From the NCBI RefSeq assembly GCF_009914755.1, contig NC_060933.1: a stretch of 64,000 nt of DNA. One strand, written 5' to 3'. Positions 1 to 31,514 of this stretch are shown here, in pieces. The notes beneath the pieces were generated by a model that saw only the letters and a list, made by a program, of their open reading frames with translations, was not told where the DNA came from and made no database searches. Within the stretch, counting starts at the first letter, position 1; each line of letters starts with the position of its first letter. Position numbers and translations under genes: made by a program. The stretch is from the human T2T-CHM13v2.0 reference genome, Homo sapiens.

Positions 1-278
1 CTATCCTCACAGCTGAACTGGGCCCGTTTGCAGTGGCAATCAGCTCTGTCTCTCTCCAACTACTGATTTTTTGGTTGGGAATGATTTACTAAAAGGAGAA
101 AAACTGTTGTGTGACACGTTTGGGGACCTTGTGTGAAAGCAGCCATAGGCTGTTTGTTCATCTGAAGGGGTTGGCAGCTAGAGGGTGAAGGTTTGTTTGG
201 GCTCTGTACCTGGTACCCAGGCAGGCAGAACGCACCACCCGGCCTCTTCTCCAAGAGTTAACTGCAGGGAGGGAGCGG

Positions 279-462
279 TGACGTCAGCCCTGATCTTTGT
301 GCCTCTCACTTGAGCAACCTGATGCCACCTTCTCCCCCGGGCTCTGTGTTCATTGGCTGTTGGCAGGACTTGCCGTGGGAGGGCTTTTTTCTTTTTTCAA
401 TTAAGTAAAAGGGCAGGGCTTAAGCAGCCAATGACAGCTGAGGCCAGGCTTGTCTTATGCAA
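279..462 (+). promoter_or_regulatory. Internal promoter of the SLC25A25 MLCLCL first exon: palindromic CRE, two CCAAT boxes, C/EBP-PAR-like site
   Basis: TGACGTCA 279-286, ATTGG 352-356, CCAAT 428-432, TTATGCAA 455-462, all upstream of ATG 539. Confidence 0.6.
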
Positions 463-538
463 GTTTCCCGGGACCGGCAGCATTTAGGGAACTTGCTCCC
501 GGTGGTGAGGGCAGTGGAGCACCCAGCAGGCCGCCAAC

Positions 539-9409
<8,871 letters not shown>

Positions 9410-11210
9410 CGGGGGGAGGGCCGCCCGGCAGTGGACTCGCTGATCCTGGGCCGCAGCCTGGGGTGTGCAGCCATCTCATTCTGTGAATGTGCCAACACTA
9501 AGCTGTCTCGAGCCAAGCTGTGAAAACCCTAGACGCACCCGCAGGGAGGGTGGGGAGAGCTGGCAGGCCCAGGGCTTGTCCTGCTGACCCCAGCAGACCC
9601 TCCTGTTGGTTCCAGCGAAGACCACAGGCATTCCTTAGGGTCCAGGGTCAGCAGGCTCCGGGCTCACATGTGTAAGGACAGGACATTTTCTGCAGTGCCT
9701 GCCAATAGTGAGCTTGGAGCCTGGAGGCCGGCTTAGTTCTTCCATTTCACCCTTGCAGCCAGCTGTTGGCCACGGCCCCTGCCCTCTGGTCTGCCGTGCA
9801 TCTCCCTGTGCCCTCTTGCTGCCTGCCTGTCTGCTGAGGTAAGGTGGGAGGAGGGCTACAGCCCACATCCCACCCCCTCGTCCAATCCCATAATCCATGA
9901 TGAAAGGTGAGGTCACGTGGCCTCCCAGGCCTGACTTCCCAACCTACAGCATTGACGCCAACTTGGCTGTGAAGGAAGAGGAAAGGATCTGGCCTTGTGG
10001 TCACTGGCATCTGAGCCCTGCTGATGGCTGGGGCTCTCGGGCATGCTTGGGAGTGCAGGGGGCTCGGGCTGCCTGGCCTGGCTGCACAGAAGGCAAGTGC
10101 TGGGGCTCATGGTGCTCTGAGCTGGCCTGGACCCTGTCAGGATGGGCCCCACCTCAGAACCAAACTCACTGTCCCCACTGTGGCATGAGGGCAGTGGAGC
10201 ACCATGTTTGAGGGCGAAGGGCAGAGCGTTTGTGTGTTCTGGGGAGGGAAGGAAAAGGTGTTGGAGGCCTTAATTATGGACTGTTGGGAAAAGGGTTTTG
10301 TCCAGAAGGACAAGCCGGACAAATGAGCGACTTCTGTGCTTCCAGAGGAAGACGAGGGAGCAGGAGCTTGGCTGACTGCTCAGAGTCTGTTCTGACGCCC
10401 TGGGGGTTCCTGTCCAACCCCAGCAGGGGCGCAGCGGGACCAGCCCCACATTCCACTTGTGTCACTGCTTGGAACCTATTTATTTTGTATTTATTTGAAC
10501 AGAGTTATGTCCTAACTATTTTTATAGATTTGTTTAATTAATAGCTTGTCATTTTCAAGTTCATTTTTTATTCATATTTATGTTCATGGTTGATTGTACC
10601 TTCCCAAGCCCGCCCAGTGGGATGGGAGGAGGAGGAGAAGGGGGGCCTTGGGCCGCTGCAGTCACATCTGTCCAGAGAAATTCCTTTTGGGACTGGAGGC
10701 AGAAAAGCGGCCAGAAGGCAGCAGCCCTGGCTCCTTTCCTTTGGCAGGTTGGGGAAGGGCTTGCCCCCAGCCTTAGGATTTCAGGGTTTGACTGGGGGCG
10801 TGGAGAGAGAGGGAGGAACCTCAATAACCTTGAAGGTGGAATCCAGTTATTTCCTGCGCTGCGAGGGTTTCTTTATTTCACTCTTTTCTGAATGTCAAGG
10901 CAGTGAGGTGCCTCTCACTGTGAATTTGTGGTGGGCGGGGGCTGGAGGAGAGGGTGGGGGGCTGGCTCCGTCCCTCCCAGCCTTCTGCTGCCCTTGCTTA
11001 ACAATGCCGGCCAACTGGCGACCTCACGGTTGCACTTCCATTCCACCAGAATGACCTGATGAGGAAATCTTCAATAGGATGCAAAGATCAATGCAAAAAT
11101 TGTTATATATGAACATATAACTGGAGTCGTCAAAAAGCAAATTAAGAAAGAATTGGACGTTAGAAGTTGTCATTTAAAGCAGCCTTCTAATAAAGTTGTT
11201 TCAAAGCTGA
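9410..11210 (+). other. SLC25A25: SLC25A25 3' UTR with AU-rich tract (~10476-10585)
   Basis: Runs from the stop codon to the AATAAA signal; ATTTA pentamers at 10478 and 10489 in U-rich context. Confidence 0.8.
11189..11194 (+). terminator. SLC25A25 polyadenylation signal
   Basis: AATAAA at the end of the 3' UTR. Confidence 0.85.
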
Positions 11211-11559
11211 TCATGGAGCCAGTATTTTTCTGACGGGGGCCTGGGTGGTCTGGGGGTGCTGACATGTTAGAAAATGCGCCCTGTTTTCCCCTCTGGAGCC
11301 TGGTGGTGCCCCCTTTCGGCTTCTTAGAGGCGCTCCCTCTTTAATGGTTGCGTGTTCGATTTGGGGTGCCCTGAGTTGCTGTGTAGGGTCGTTCCTCAGC
11401 CTGTCTCAGGCAGGGTGGGGGGGATCTCTCCCTCCGCCGGAAGTGCCATCTTCACAGACACCGAGGACGTCGCTGGGCTTCTCTCCCCTCCCCCCAGCTG
11501 CCCCTCCCAGCCTCACCCCGCTCCTGCCTCCTCACACCCTCTCAGTAACCTCATCTGAC

Positions 11560-15314
<3,755 letters not shown>

Positions 15315-15480
15315 TCAATTATGCTACTTACTTTCATTGCCGGGTTTCTCATCTGTTCCCTCGCCCATGAACGTGAACTCCTTGAGGGTGGCAGTGTCTG
15401 TTGGCTTTGTTCACTGCTGCTCCCAGCACCTGGAGCCTGAACAGTGTTCGGTGAATCCTTAACATCCAAGTGTTTCTTGG

Positions 15481-15955
15481 TGTCGTCGACAGAATTATGC
15501 CCCCGCCACAAGATGTCCATGTCCTAATCCCCAGAAGCTGTGAATCCCATTACATGGCCAGGGGGAATGAAGGAGGCAGATGGAATGAAGGTTGCTAATC
15601 AGCCGACCTTCAAACAGGGAGATGGATTATCCTGGGTCATCCGGTGGGGGGGCCAGTGTGATCACAGGGGTCCTTCAGTGTGGAGGAGGAGGCAGGAGAG
15701 AGAACAGAGAGATGGCATGAGAAGGACTCAGGCCTCCGCTGCTGGCTTGAAGGTGGAGGAAGGGGCCACGAGCCAAGGAACGCAGGCAGCCTCTAGAAGC
15801 TGGAAAGGCACAGAAGTGGATCCTCCCCTTCCTGCCCTGGAGCCTCCAGAAGGAACACAGCCCTGCAGACACCTTGGTTTTAGCCCCATGAGGCCCATTT
15901 CAGACTCTTGACCTCCAGAACTGTGAGATTATAAACCTGCATTGTTTAAGCTACT
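15481..15955 (+). mobile_element. MaLR solo LTR (MLT1D-like)
   Basis: Typical MLT1 motifs aagatgtccatgtcctaatcccc...gacctccagaactgtgagattataaacctgcattgtttaagc. Confidence 0.8.
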
Positions 15956-17990
15956 TCCCACCTACTGGCCCTCTGGTGGAGATAAAATCCCCTTAATCAG
16001 GGTTTGCAACCAGACTCCTGGGCAGGGGAGGGCACAGTGGGGGCAGGGGGCACATCTCAAGGTCTGATTGGAGGCACGGTGCTCCTCCAGACCCACCTGA
16101 GTCCGGCTGGCATGGAAGCTCCAGGGGAGCCCTGGGGCGGGCGTGGTGGGGGTGGCTGGCAGACCCCTCCTTGTCCTCCAGGAAGTCCAAGCTCTGTGGG
16201 GCCCCCTCAGCCACTCAGGTCTTTGGGGACACAGTCACAGGTGCCTGCCCTCGGGAAGGGCCCAAGAGCCTGGAGCTGTGCCACCCTGGTCCAGGGAACA
16301 AGGGGTCAGGGCAAGAGAAACAGCGGTGGGGCATGTGGTGGGTCAGGACAGTTGCAGAGCGGCTTCCCATAAACAGACTGGGACAGTGGACGTCCCTGTT
16401 CCATAGCATCCAAGCTGAGTGACCTTGGGCAAGTCACACCACCTCTCTGAGCCTGTTTGTTTGTCCATTAGAGAAGAGCAAGACGAGCCAGGGAGGTCTG
16501 TTGGAAAGTTGAACTGAAACGAGGCAGGAAATGGGATGCGGCCCATCCTGACAGCTTCATCTCCCAGCTGCCCTTCTTCCTCCAGCATTCAGACACGCTC
16601 CAGGTAATCCCGCCTTCATCCTCTCGGGCCTGGGATCTCAGGTGTCTGCGAGGAAATCCAGAGCCACTTGAGCCGTGTGGTCCGGTGGGCCCCCTCGCAG
16701 GGGCACTGCTCACGCACGACTTCACTTAGCTCTCAGCAGGTGTAGGAGGTGCCACCACCGCCACGTCCCCATTTCACAGGGGAGGAAACTAAAGTTTCAG
16801 GAGGGGAGGGGACTTGCCCAGGACCTAGGATGCAGTGGACCCCCGACTGGCAGGTGGCACGCAGGGGAGTGAAGCTGCGGCGGGCTCTGCTGGGGCCGCC
16901 CACCAGGAACTTGGGGCAAGGCGGAGAGCTGCTGCCCACATCGGACCCGGCAAGCTGGAACCATGCCACAACCCACCCGTGGGACCTTCACCAAGTTAGA
17001 CGTGCCCAAGGGACAGGCATTCCTTGCCTCACCTCAGAAGGGTGGCACCTGGTCCCTGGCTGCCTCCTCGCAGCCAGGAGGCCACAGAGAGCCTGGGCAG
17101 GCCTGCGCTTGAATCCTGGGTCCCGGTGGTGTGATCTTGGGCAAGTCTTCTGCCTCTCTGAGCCTCAGTTTCCCCACTAGCAAGACAGGCACGACGCCTT
17201 CTGACAGCTCACTGCGGAAGCGGCTGTTCTGCTTCACATAAAGGGTCACTGTGAAACAGATTCAAAGCAGCTCTGTTGACACGGAAGCCCTGTTCTCACC
17301 TGGGCCTCACCCTGTGCCGCCCTAGTCCAGATTTCACCGGTCTGAGTGCGTTGGAAAGTAGGGGAAGGGTGGAAACAGGTGGGGCGGGTGTGCTGGGCCC
17401 GGCCGCCCAGGTGTGGACCTTGCTCTCTGCAGCAGCAGCAGCAGCAGGCCACGTGACCTGGGCTGGCCAGGAGCGGGCAGCAGGAAGGGCATGGTATGAT
17501 AGCACCTCCATCCTGCAGATGGGTAAACTGAGGCCAGGGAGGGCCCCAGGCCTGCCCCAGTTCCCCGAGGGGCAAGATAAACCTAGGCCTCCTGCTCTCA
17601 GCTCCTCTGAACGCAGGGGCAGGCCAGGGAACAGCCGCAGGACATGGTTCTCTTGGTCATTTGCTATCACCCACCAGCACAGCCCCGTGGCCCAGGAGGA
17701 GCCGTTATCTCCCATGGCAGTTGTTGAGGCCGATGAGAGACGGAGCTGGCCCCACCCATGCTAGTCAGTACGGGGCACCCCTGGCTGAACTGAAGAGCCC
17801 AGCCTCCCACCCCCTCATCTTACAGATGAGGAACCTGGCACAGGCTGGAAACCCTGGGACTTCCCCAGGTCACCACATGCCCCATCGCTGTTTCTCTTCC
17901 CTGACTACACCGGGCTTAAATCTGTGTATGAGTGTCCTGGGGCAGCTGCAACCAATAACCACACACTTGGTGACTTCCAACACCACAAAT

Positions 17991-19600
<1,610 letters not shown>

Positions 19601-19715
19601 AAGAGACATGTTTTTTCCTAGCCACTCATCTTTGGACCCTTACAGCTAAGCCCATTTTACTTACAGATGGGCAGAGTCGCTGGGTAATGAGCGTGCCGAG
19701 ATTCATTCCCGGAAT

Positions 19716-19793
19716 TGGCCGCTAGGTGGCAGCAGCAGGCCCTGTTGCCATCTCCTACGAGGCTTGGCGGGCTCTGGCGCCCTCTGGTGGCTG
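19716..19793. promoter_or_regulatory. Two CTCF consensus motifs in convergent orientation
   Basis: TGGCCGCTAGGTGGCAGCA (+, 19716-19734) and CAGCCACCAGAGGGCGCCA (-, 19775-19793). Confidence 0.75.
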
Positions 19794-20499
19794 CGGGAAA
19801 ACACGCCAAGAAGTCTGACGGAGAAACATTGGGGAAACTGAAGTGGAGTTGTTACCTCTTGGGAGAGAGATACTCACGGGGAGAAGCTGGGCCTAGGTGG
19901 TGTCCCGCGGTGGCCTCAGGCTGACTGGCCATTCTCCAGCCTGTCAGGTCTGATTAGCACTCGGGAGGCGGGTGTAGGCTCCTCCCCATCTGCAGCAGCC
20001 CCGGGGAAAGAGCCCTAGTCCAGGACTCAGGCCCCTGTTCCCAGCGCGGTTTAGCTGCCAACCGGATCTCCTTCTGCAAGAGGGGAAACAGAAGGAAACT
20101 TTATTCCCGAGTCTGTGAAGCCAGGAAAAGGGGCAATGCCTGGTGGGTGGGAAGGCATCTACACCCGGGGCCTCCTAAGTAAGACCAGGACCTCGAGGGG
20201 AGGCTGGAGGAGGAGCCACAGCCCGCAGTCACTGGGCTGAGCAGGAGGAACATTCAAAAGGCCTGGGAGCACAGGGTGGGGTGCTGGGCAGTGAGACCTT
20301 CCCCTGGCCTCCGTGTCATGGACAGAAGGTGGACGCCTTGTCACAAGCTGACCACATCAGATGCTCTCTTTCGGGACTTTGGGACTGAGAAAGAGAGAGG
20401 TGAGTCAGTCCCCGTGTGCAGCTGGAAAGGCATCAGGTAACCCTGGGTGGGGTCTGAGGATGGCAGGAAAAGCCTGTCTGTGAAGGGAAGGGAAGTGAG

Positions 20500-21170
20500 A
20501 GTGGAGAGCAGGGATGGAGGGATGCTGGGATGGAGGATGGAGGGCACAGGGATACAGGAATGGAGGGATGGAAAAATAGAGGGATGCAGGAATGGAGGGA
20601 TGAAGAGGTGCAGGGATACTGGGGTGGAGGGATGCAGAGAACGGAGGCATGCAGGGATGCTGCGATGGAGAAATGCAGGGATGGAGAATGTAAGGGTACA
20701 GGGATGGAGGATGGAGGGGTGCAGGGATGCAGAGATGGAGGATGGAGGGGTACAACGAAGGAGGGGTGCAGGGATGGAGGGATGGAGGGGTGCAGGGATG
20801 GAGGGATGGAGGGGTGCAGGGATGGAGGGATGGAGGGATGCAGGGACAGAGGGATGCAGGGATGGAGTGATGGAAGGGTACAGGGATGGAGGGGTGCATG
20901 GATAGAGGGATGGAGGGTGCAGGGATGGAAGGATGGAGGGGTACAGGGATGGAGGGGTGCAGGGATGGAGGGATGGAGGGGTACAGGGATGGAGGGTGCA
21001 GGGATGGAAGGATGGAGGGGTACAGGGATGGAGGGGTGCAGGGATGGGGGACGGAGGGGTACAGGGATGGAGGGGTGCAGGGATGGAGAGATAGAGGGGC
21101 ACAGGGACGGAGGGGTGCAGGGATGGAGGGATGGAGAGGTACAGGGATGGAGGGTTACAGGGATAGAGGG
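20500..21170. repeat. Purine-rich minisatellite built from GGATGGAG and GGGTGCAG/GGGTACAG 8-mers
   Basis: About 670 bp of degenerate tandem units; produces low-complexity ORFs on both strands. Confidence 0.92.
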
Positions 21171-21760
21171 AGGCTCCTCCTTCAGTGCCCCATGGTATTC
21201 CTGGCCTAGTTCCTGCCCTGCTGAGGGAGGTACCCTGGGTCCCTGGAGCAAAGGCCCCTCAGGACTTTAGACCTGGCCAGTGAAGTGGAAATGCCGTTCT
21301 GGACACAGTGGTGGCTCTGGGTGCCCTGATACCTGTTGGCCTCTCAGAAGCGGCTGCTGTGACTCCTAAGGCCACAGATGGGCACAGCCTCAGGCCTGGC
21401 TGCCTCCTCTACCCTGCAGCCCAAGTACCTGGAGTTAACACCCACAGAGGGCACACAGTGGGGGCTGGCTGAAGGACTGTGGTGCATCCAGGCGGCAGGG
21501 CACTATGCGCCATGAGAACAAGCCAATGTGACATACGCCGACAGGCAGACGCCCAGGATGGGGATGAGAACACAGCCGGTGGCAGACCAACCCCGTGGGA
21601 AAAACGGAGGTCACCAACTGCACAGCCACCTGCTTCCAAACGTCACACTCCCTGCCTCGAGCGCTCACTTCTACCTTACTCAAATGGTAGCTATTACAGG
21701 AACATGAGTTATTTTGTTTTAAAAATACTAATAAAGAAAATAAAACTTTAAAAGTTTCCT

Positions 21761-22070
21761 GGCTGGGCGTCGGGGCTCACTCCTGTAATCCCAGCACTTC
21801 GGGAGGCTGAGGCGGGCAGTTCCCTTGAGCCCTAGAGTGCGAGACCAGCCTGGGTAACACAGCAAAACCCAGGATCTACAAAATATAAAAAACAAAAAAT
21901 TAGCTGGGCATGTTGGTGTGCACCTGTAGTTCCAGCTACTTGGAGGCTGAGGTGGGAGGATCACTTGAACCTGGGAGGTCGAGGTTGCAGTGAGCTATGA
22001 TTGCACCACTGCATCCCAGCCTGGGTGACAGAGCGAGACCCTGTCTCAAAAAATAAAAAAAAAACAACAA
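21761..22070 (+). mobile_element. Alu (AluJ-like)
   Basis: Alu consensus with TSD aaaagtttc. Confidence 0.9.
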
Positions 22071-22767
22071 AAAAGTTTCTCAAGAGGGTATGGGGACGTT
22101 GCCCAGTCCCCCCAGTCGGAAGGGCCAGTGGGTGGAGTTGGGCTCACTGGCCTCTGGAGGGTCCCTAGCAGGCCACCCCACCTCAGTTAAGTCGGGACTG
22201 GGGAGCCCCATCCTGGGTACTCTGTGCAGGAAAGGGGGTCCCACCCACAACCCACACTCACCCTGGAAGGCAGAGCCTCTTCTCCCATAAAGCCTGGCCC
22301 AGCCTGGAGCTGAAGCCCGGGGCCGCCACCTGAGAGGGCTTGGTTCTGTCTGTAGAGCAGGGGTCTGAATAGCCTGGTGCCCTGGACCAGGTGACCCGGC
22401 TCTGTGCACTGCACCTGCTCCTATCACTGAACTCTCCCACAAGGCGGGGACAGACGAAGAAACTGAGGCTTGATGAGTGACCCCACTGCAGAGCCCCACC
22501 GTGGGTAGGGTGCCCCGACCTGCACTCTGGCTGCTGGGCTCCACGGCCCAGCTGTGTGCCCTGAGTGGTATCCTGGGGACGATGCCACACAAAGCCTGCG
22601 GAGCCGTACCGTGCCTGACACCTGGGAAGCCCCAGGCCAGCGGTTAGTTACCACAAGGGCTGGCACAGCCCAAGCCTGATGCCTCCCTTGACCGCCAGCC
22701 CCACGCAGCACTCAGCCACACGGAGCTCCATGAGATGCCTGCCATGACAGGCGCCACAAACCTTTCC

Positions 22768-22773
22768 TTTATT
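22768..22773 (-). terminator. PTGES2 polyadenylation signal
   Basis: TTTATT on + (AATAAA on -), about 400 nt after the stop codon. Confidence 0.85.
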
Positions 22774-23178
22774 GCAAACATGTCCCAGTCCCGGGAGGCT
22801 TGGGAAGAGTGGGAACCAGGGGAACCCAGGGATGGGATTCCACTGAAAACAAACCGTCCTGCTGTCCTGTCGAGGGCCCCCACCCACAGGATGTAGCCAT
22901 GGGACAGCCACTGAGGGTCCAGGAAGAGGGGCGGCAGAGCAGGGAGGCAGGGACAGGGAGGGGTCGCCCCAGGGCAGTGGCAGGGCTGGAACTCGTCCCT
23001 AACATCCCTGAGCCCCAGCAGGTGCCCTGTGTTAGAAGCGAGAGGGCTGGTGGGGGTGCGTGGACAAGGGGCAGAATGATCCTGCCCCCAACCAGTATCG
23101 CCAGGCGCTGGCCCAGTGGCCCCAGGCCCTGGCAGCTGGCGTCTTCCGCTGCCTTCCCTCTGCTCTGCGCGGGGACAT

Positions 23179-29755
<6,577 letters not shown>

Positions 29756-30308
29756 GTTCGCTCCGCCGGCGCCGCGGGCGGGCGCGCGAAACGAAGACGC
29801 CGAGGCACGCGCGGCGTTTAAAGGGCCAGGACTCTGGCGCCCCGCGGGTTGGCCGGGGTGAGGGCGACGCTAAGGGAACCCTCAGCGCTCTCGGGACTGG
29901 GCGTGTGCCCGGCGCCCAAGTTCGAAACGCCCGCCAGAGCCGCAGAGGCCCGCTCGGGAACGTTTGCAGACCGTTCCATGCTTCCGCCTCCAAAGGCTCT
30001 TGGGTAGTGACCCGGCCGACTGCAGGGGGGCGAACGTCTGCTCGCCCCACCTTGACCGCCTAAAGGGCGGCGTGGCCGTCTGTAACACGTACTTGCCCAC
30101 CTCTCTTACGGGCGCCCATTCAAAACAACTCCAGCCCTTCCTAGAGTCAGTACAGGCGCCGCGACTTCCGGCCACTGAAAGCCCCGGAAACGACCCGACC
30201 CGGCACCAGGTGCGCGGCGGTGTTGCGGTTCTCTCTGCCCTCCCGCCTCATTGTCCGCTTCCTACTGTGACCCGAACCATAAAATTTTCCCGAACCCGAA
30301 GGGGCCTT

Positions 30309-31490
30309 GGAAACCACGTGTCTCTGATTTCGCCCACGCGAAGCGGCCGGCCCGCCGACCCCGAGATTTCCAGGGAGAGGATGGCAAAGTGGGGTGCCAG
30401 GCTGCTCGGTCCTTCTGCTGGGCTCCCCCGCCCTAGCTGAAGCCCGGAGCCTCCACCGCATAGGCGTCTCCGCGGACAGCCCCGGGATGGCCCCGCCCGG
30501 CGCCCGAGAGGGGGCGGGACTCGCAGAGTGGGCGGGGAGAGGGGCGGGGCGAGGGGGGAGCTCTGAGTCCCGGCTCTGCTGCTCCGCCGCGTCCCACTCT
30601 TCTCGCTCCGCTTTCGCCCCGCATCTTCCACCTTCCTTCCAGTCCTTGCGGCGACCGAGCCCGCAGTGTCAGTCCCCAGCGGGGACCTGAGTATGCCGGT
30701 GAAGACGAGAGCGGAAGGCGAGGACGACGGCTTCGGGGAAGCGGGTGACCCGAGGAGACTGCTGGAGCGACCTTGGCGTTTCCGGGGGTGCCTTCCCGGG
30801 AAGGGGAATCGGGATGTTGGCTTCGAAGGGACCGAAGGGCCCACCTCGACCCGCCCCGAGTGGGTTTGGAGTTGTAGGTGCTGTCTCGGATGCAGGGCGA
30901 GCACCCGCGAGCGGGTAACCAGTCCCGTGAGAGCTGCAGGTCCCCAGCCCCGTTTTACAGATAGGGAAACTGAGGCAGCTGCTGGGACACTCGCCCATAT
31001 GGGTTTTGCTCCACCCACTTCCTTCAGCCACTTTACAGACCAGGAGTTGAGGGACTGCTCGAGCTTAGAGTGTTTAGGGGTGGTTGAGGGTGACCCCCAT
31101 GTTCTGTGCTCTACTCTATCCCTATCCAGGCCTTCTCCCAGCGCCACTCTCACGCTCCTGCTTGCTAGCTCCTGCTTGCTAGCTCCTGCTCCTCCCAGCT
31201 TCATCCTCCTCCTGTTTACATTAATTGCTCCTGATCTTCCACACTCTTGATTTTCCGGATTCTAACTCCATCAAAATGTAACTTGATGTGTTCAGGCCCC
31301 GGGGACACCTAGGCACTTGAGGGGGGCGGGTCCGTGTTTGGCCTGCTGGGCTTAGCAGGAGGGTCTGGCCCGGGGCGGGGAGCGCGATGCTCTGCTGGGT
31401 CAGCATCTCCAGCCACCTGGCTTTGCTGGTGTGGCCTCGCAGCCTTGCCAAATGTGAGCAGCTTACAGAGCAACCAGTTGCACGTGCTTA
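30309..31490 (+). pseudogene. PTGES2-AS1: Diverged partial duplicate of BBLN/C9orf16 promoter + exon 1 + start of intron 1 (region annotated, from memory, as lncRNA PTGES2-AS1)
   Basis: Colinear with 61002-62028. The exon-1 equivalent 30666-30744 matches 61479-61557 at 67/79 nt, with ATG changed to GTG. The lncRNA name is recalled, not derived from the sequence. Confidence 0.8.
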
Positions 31491-31514
31491 AGCTGCCGAG
31501 GTGACACAGGGCGC

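Noticed and set aside
20341-21270. Long ORFs (150-270 aa) on both strands
   Set aside because: Translations of the GGATGGAG minisatellite; low complexity and no gene structure.
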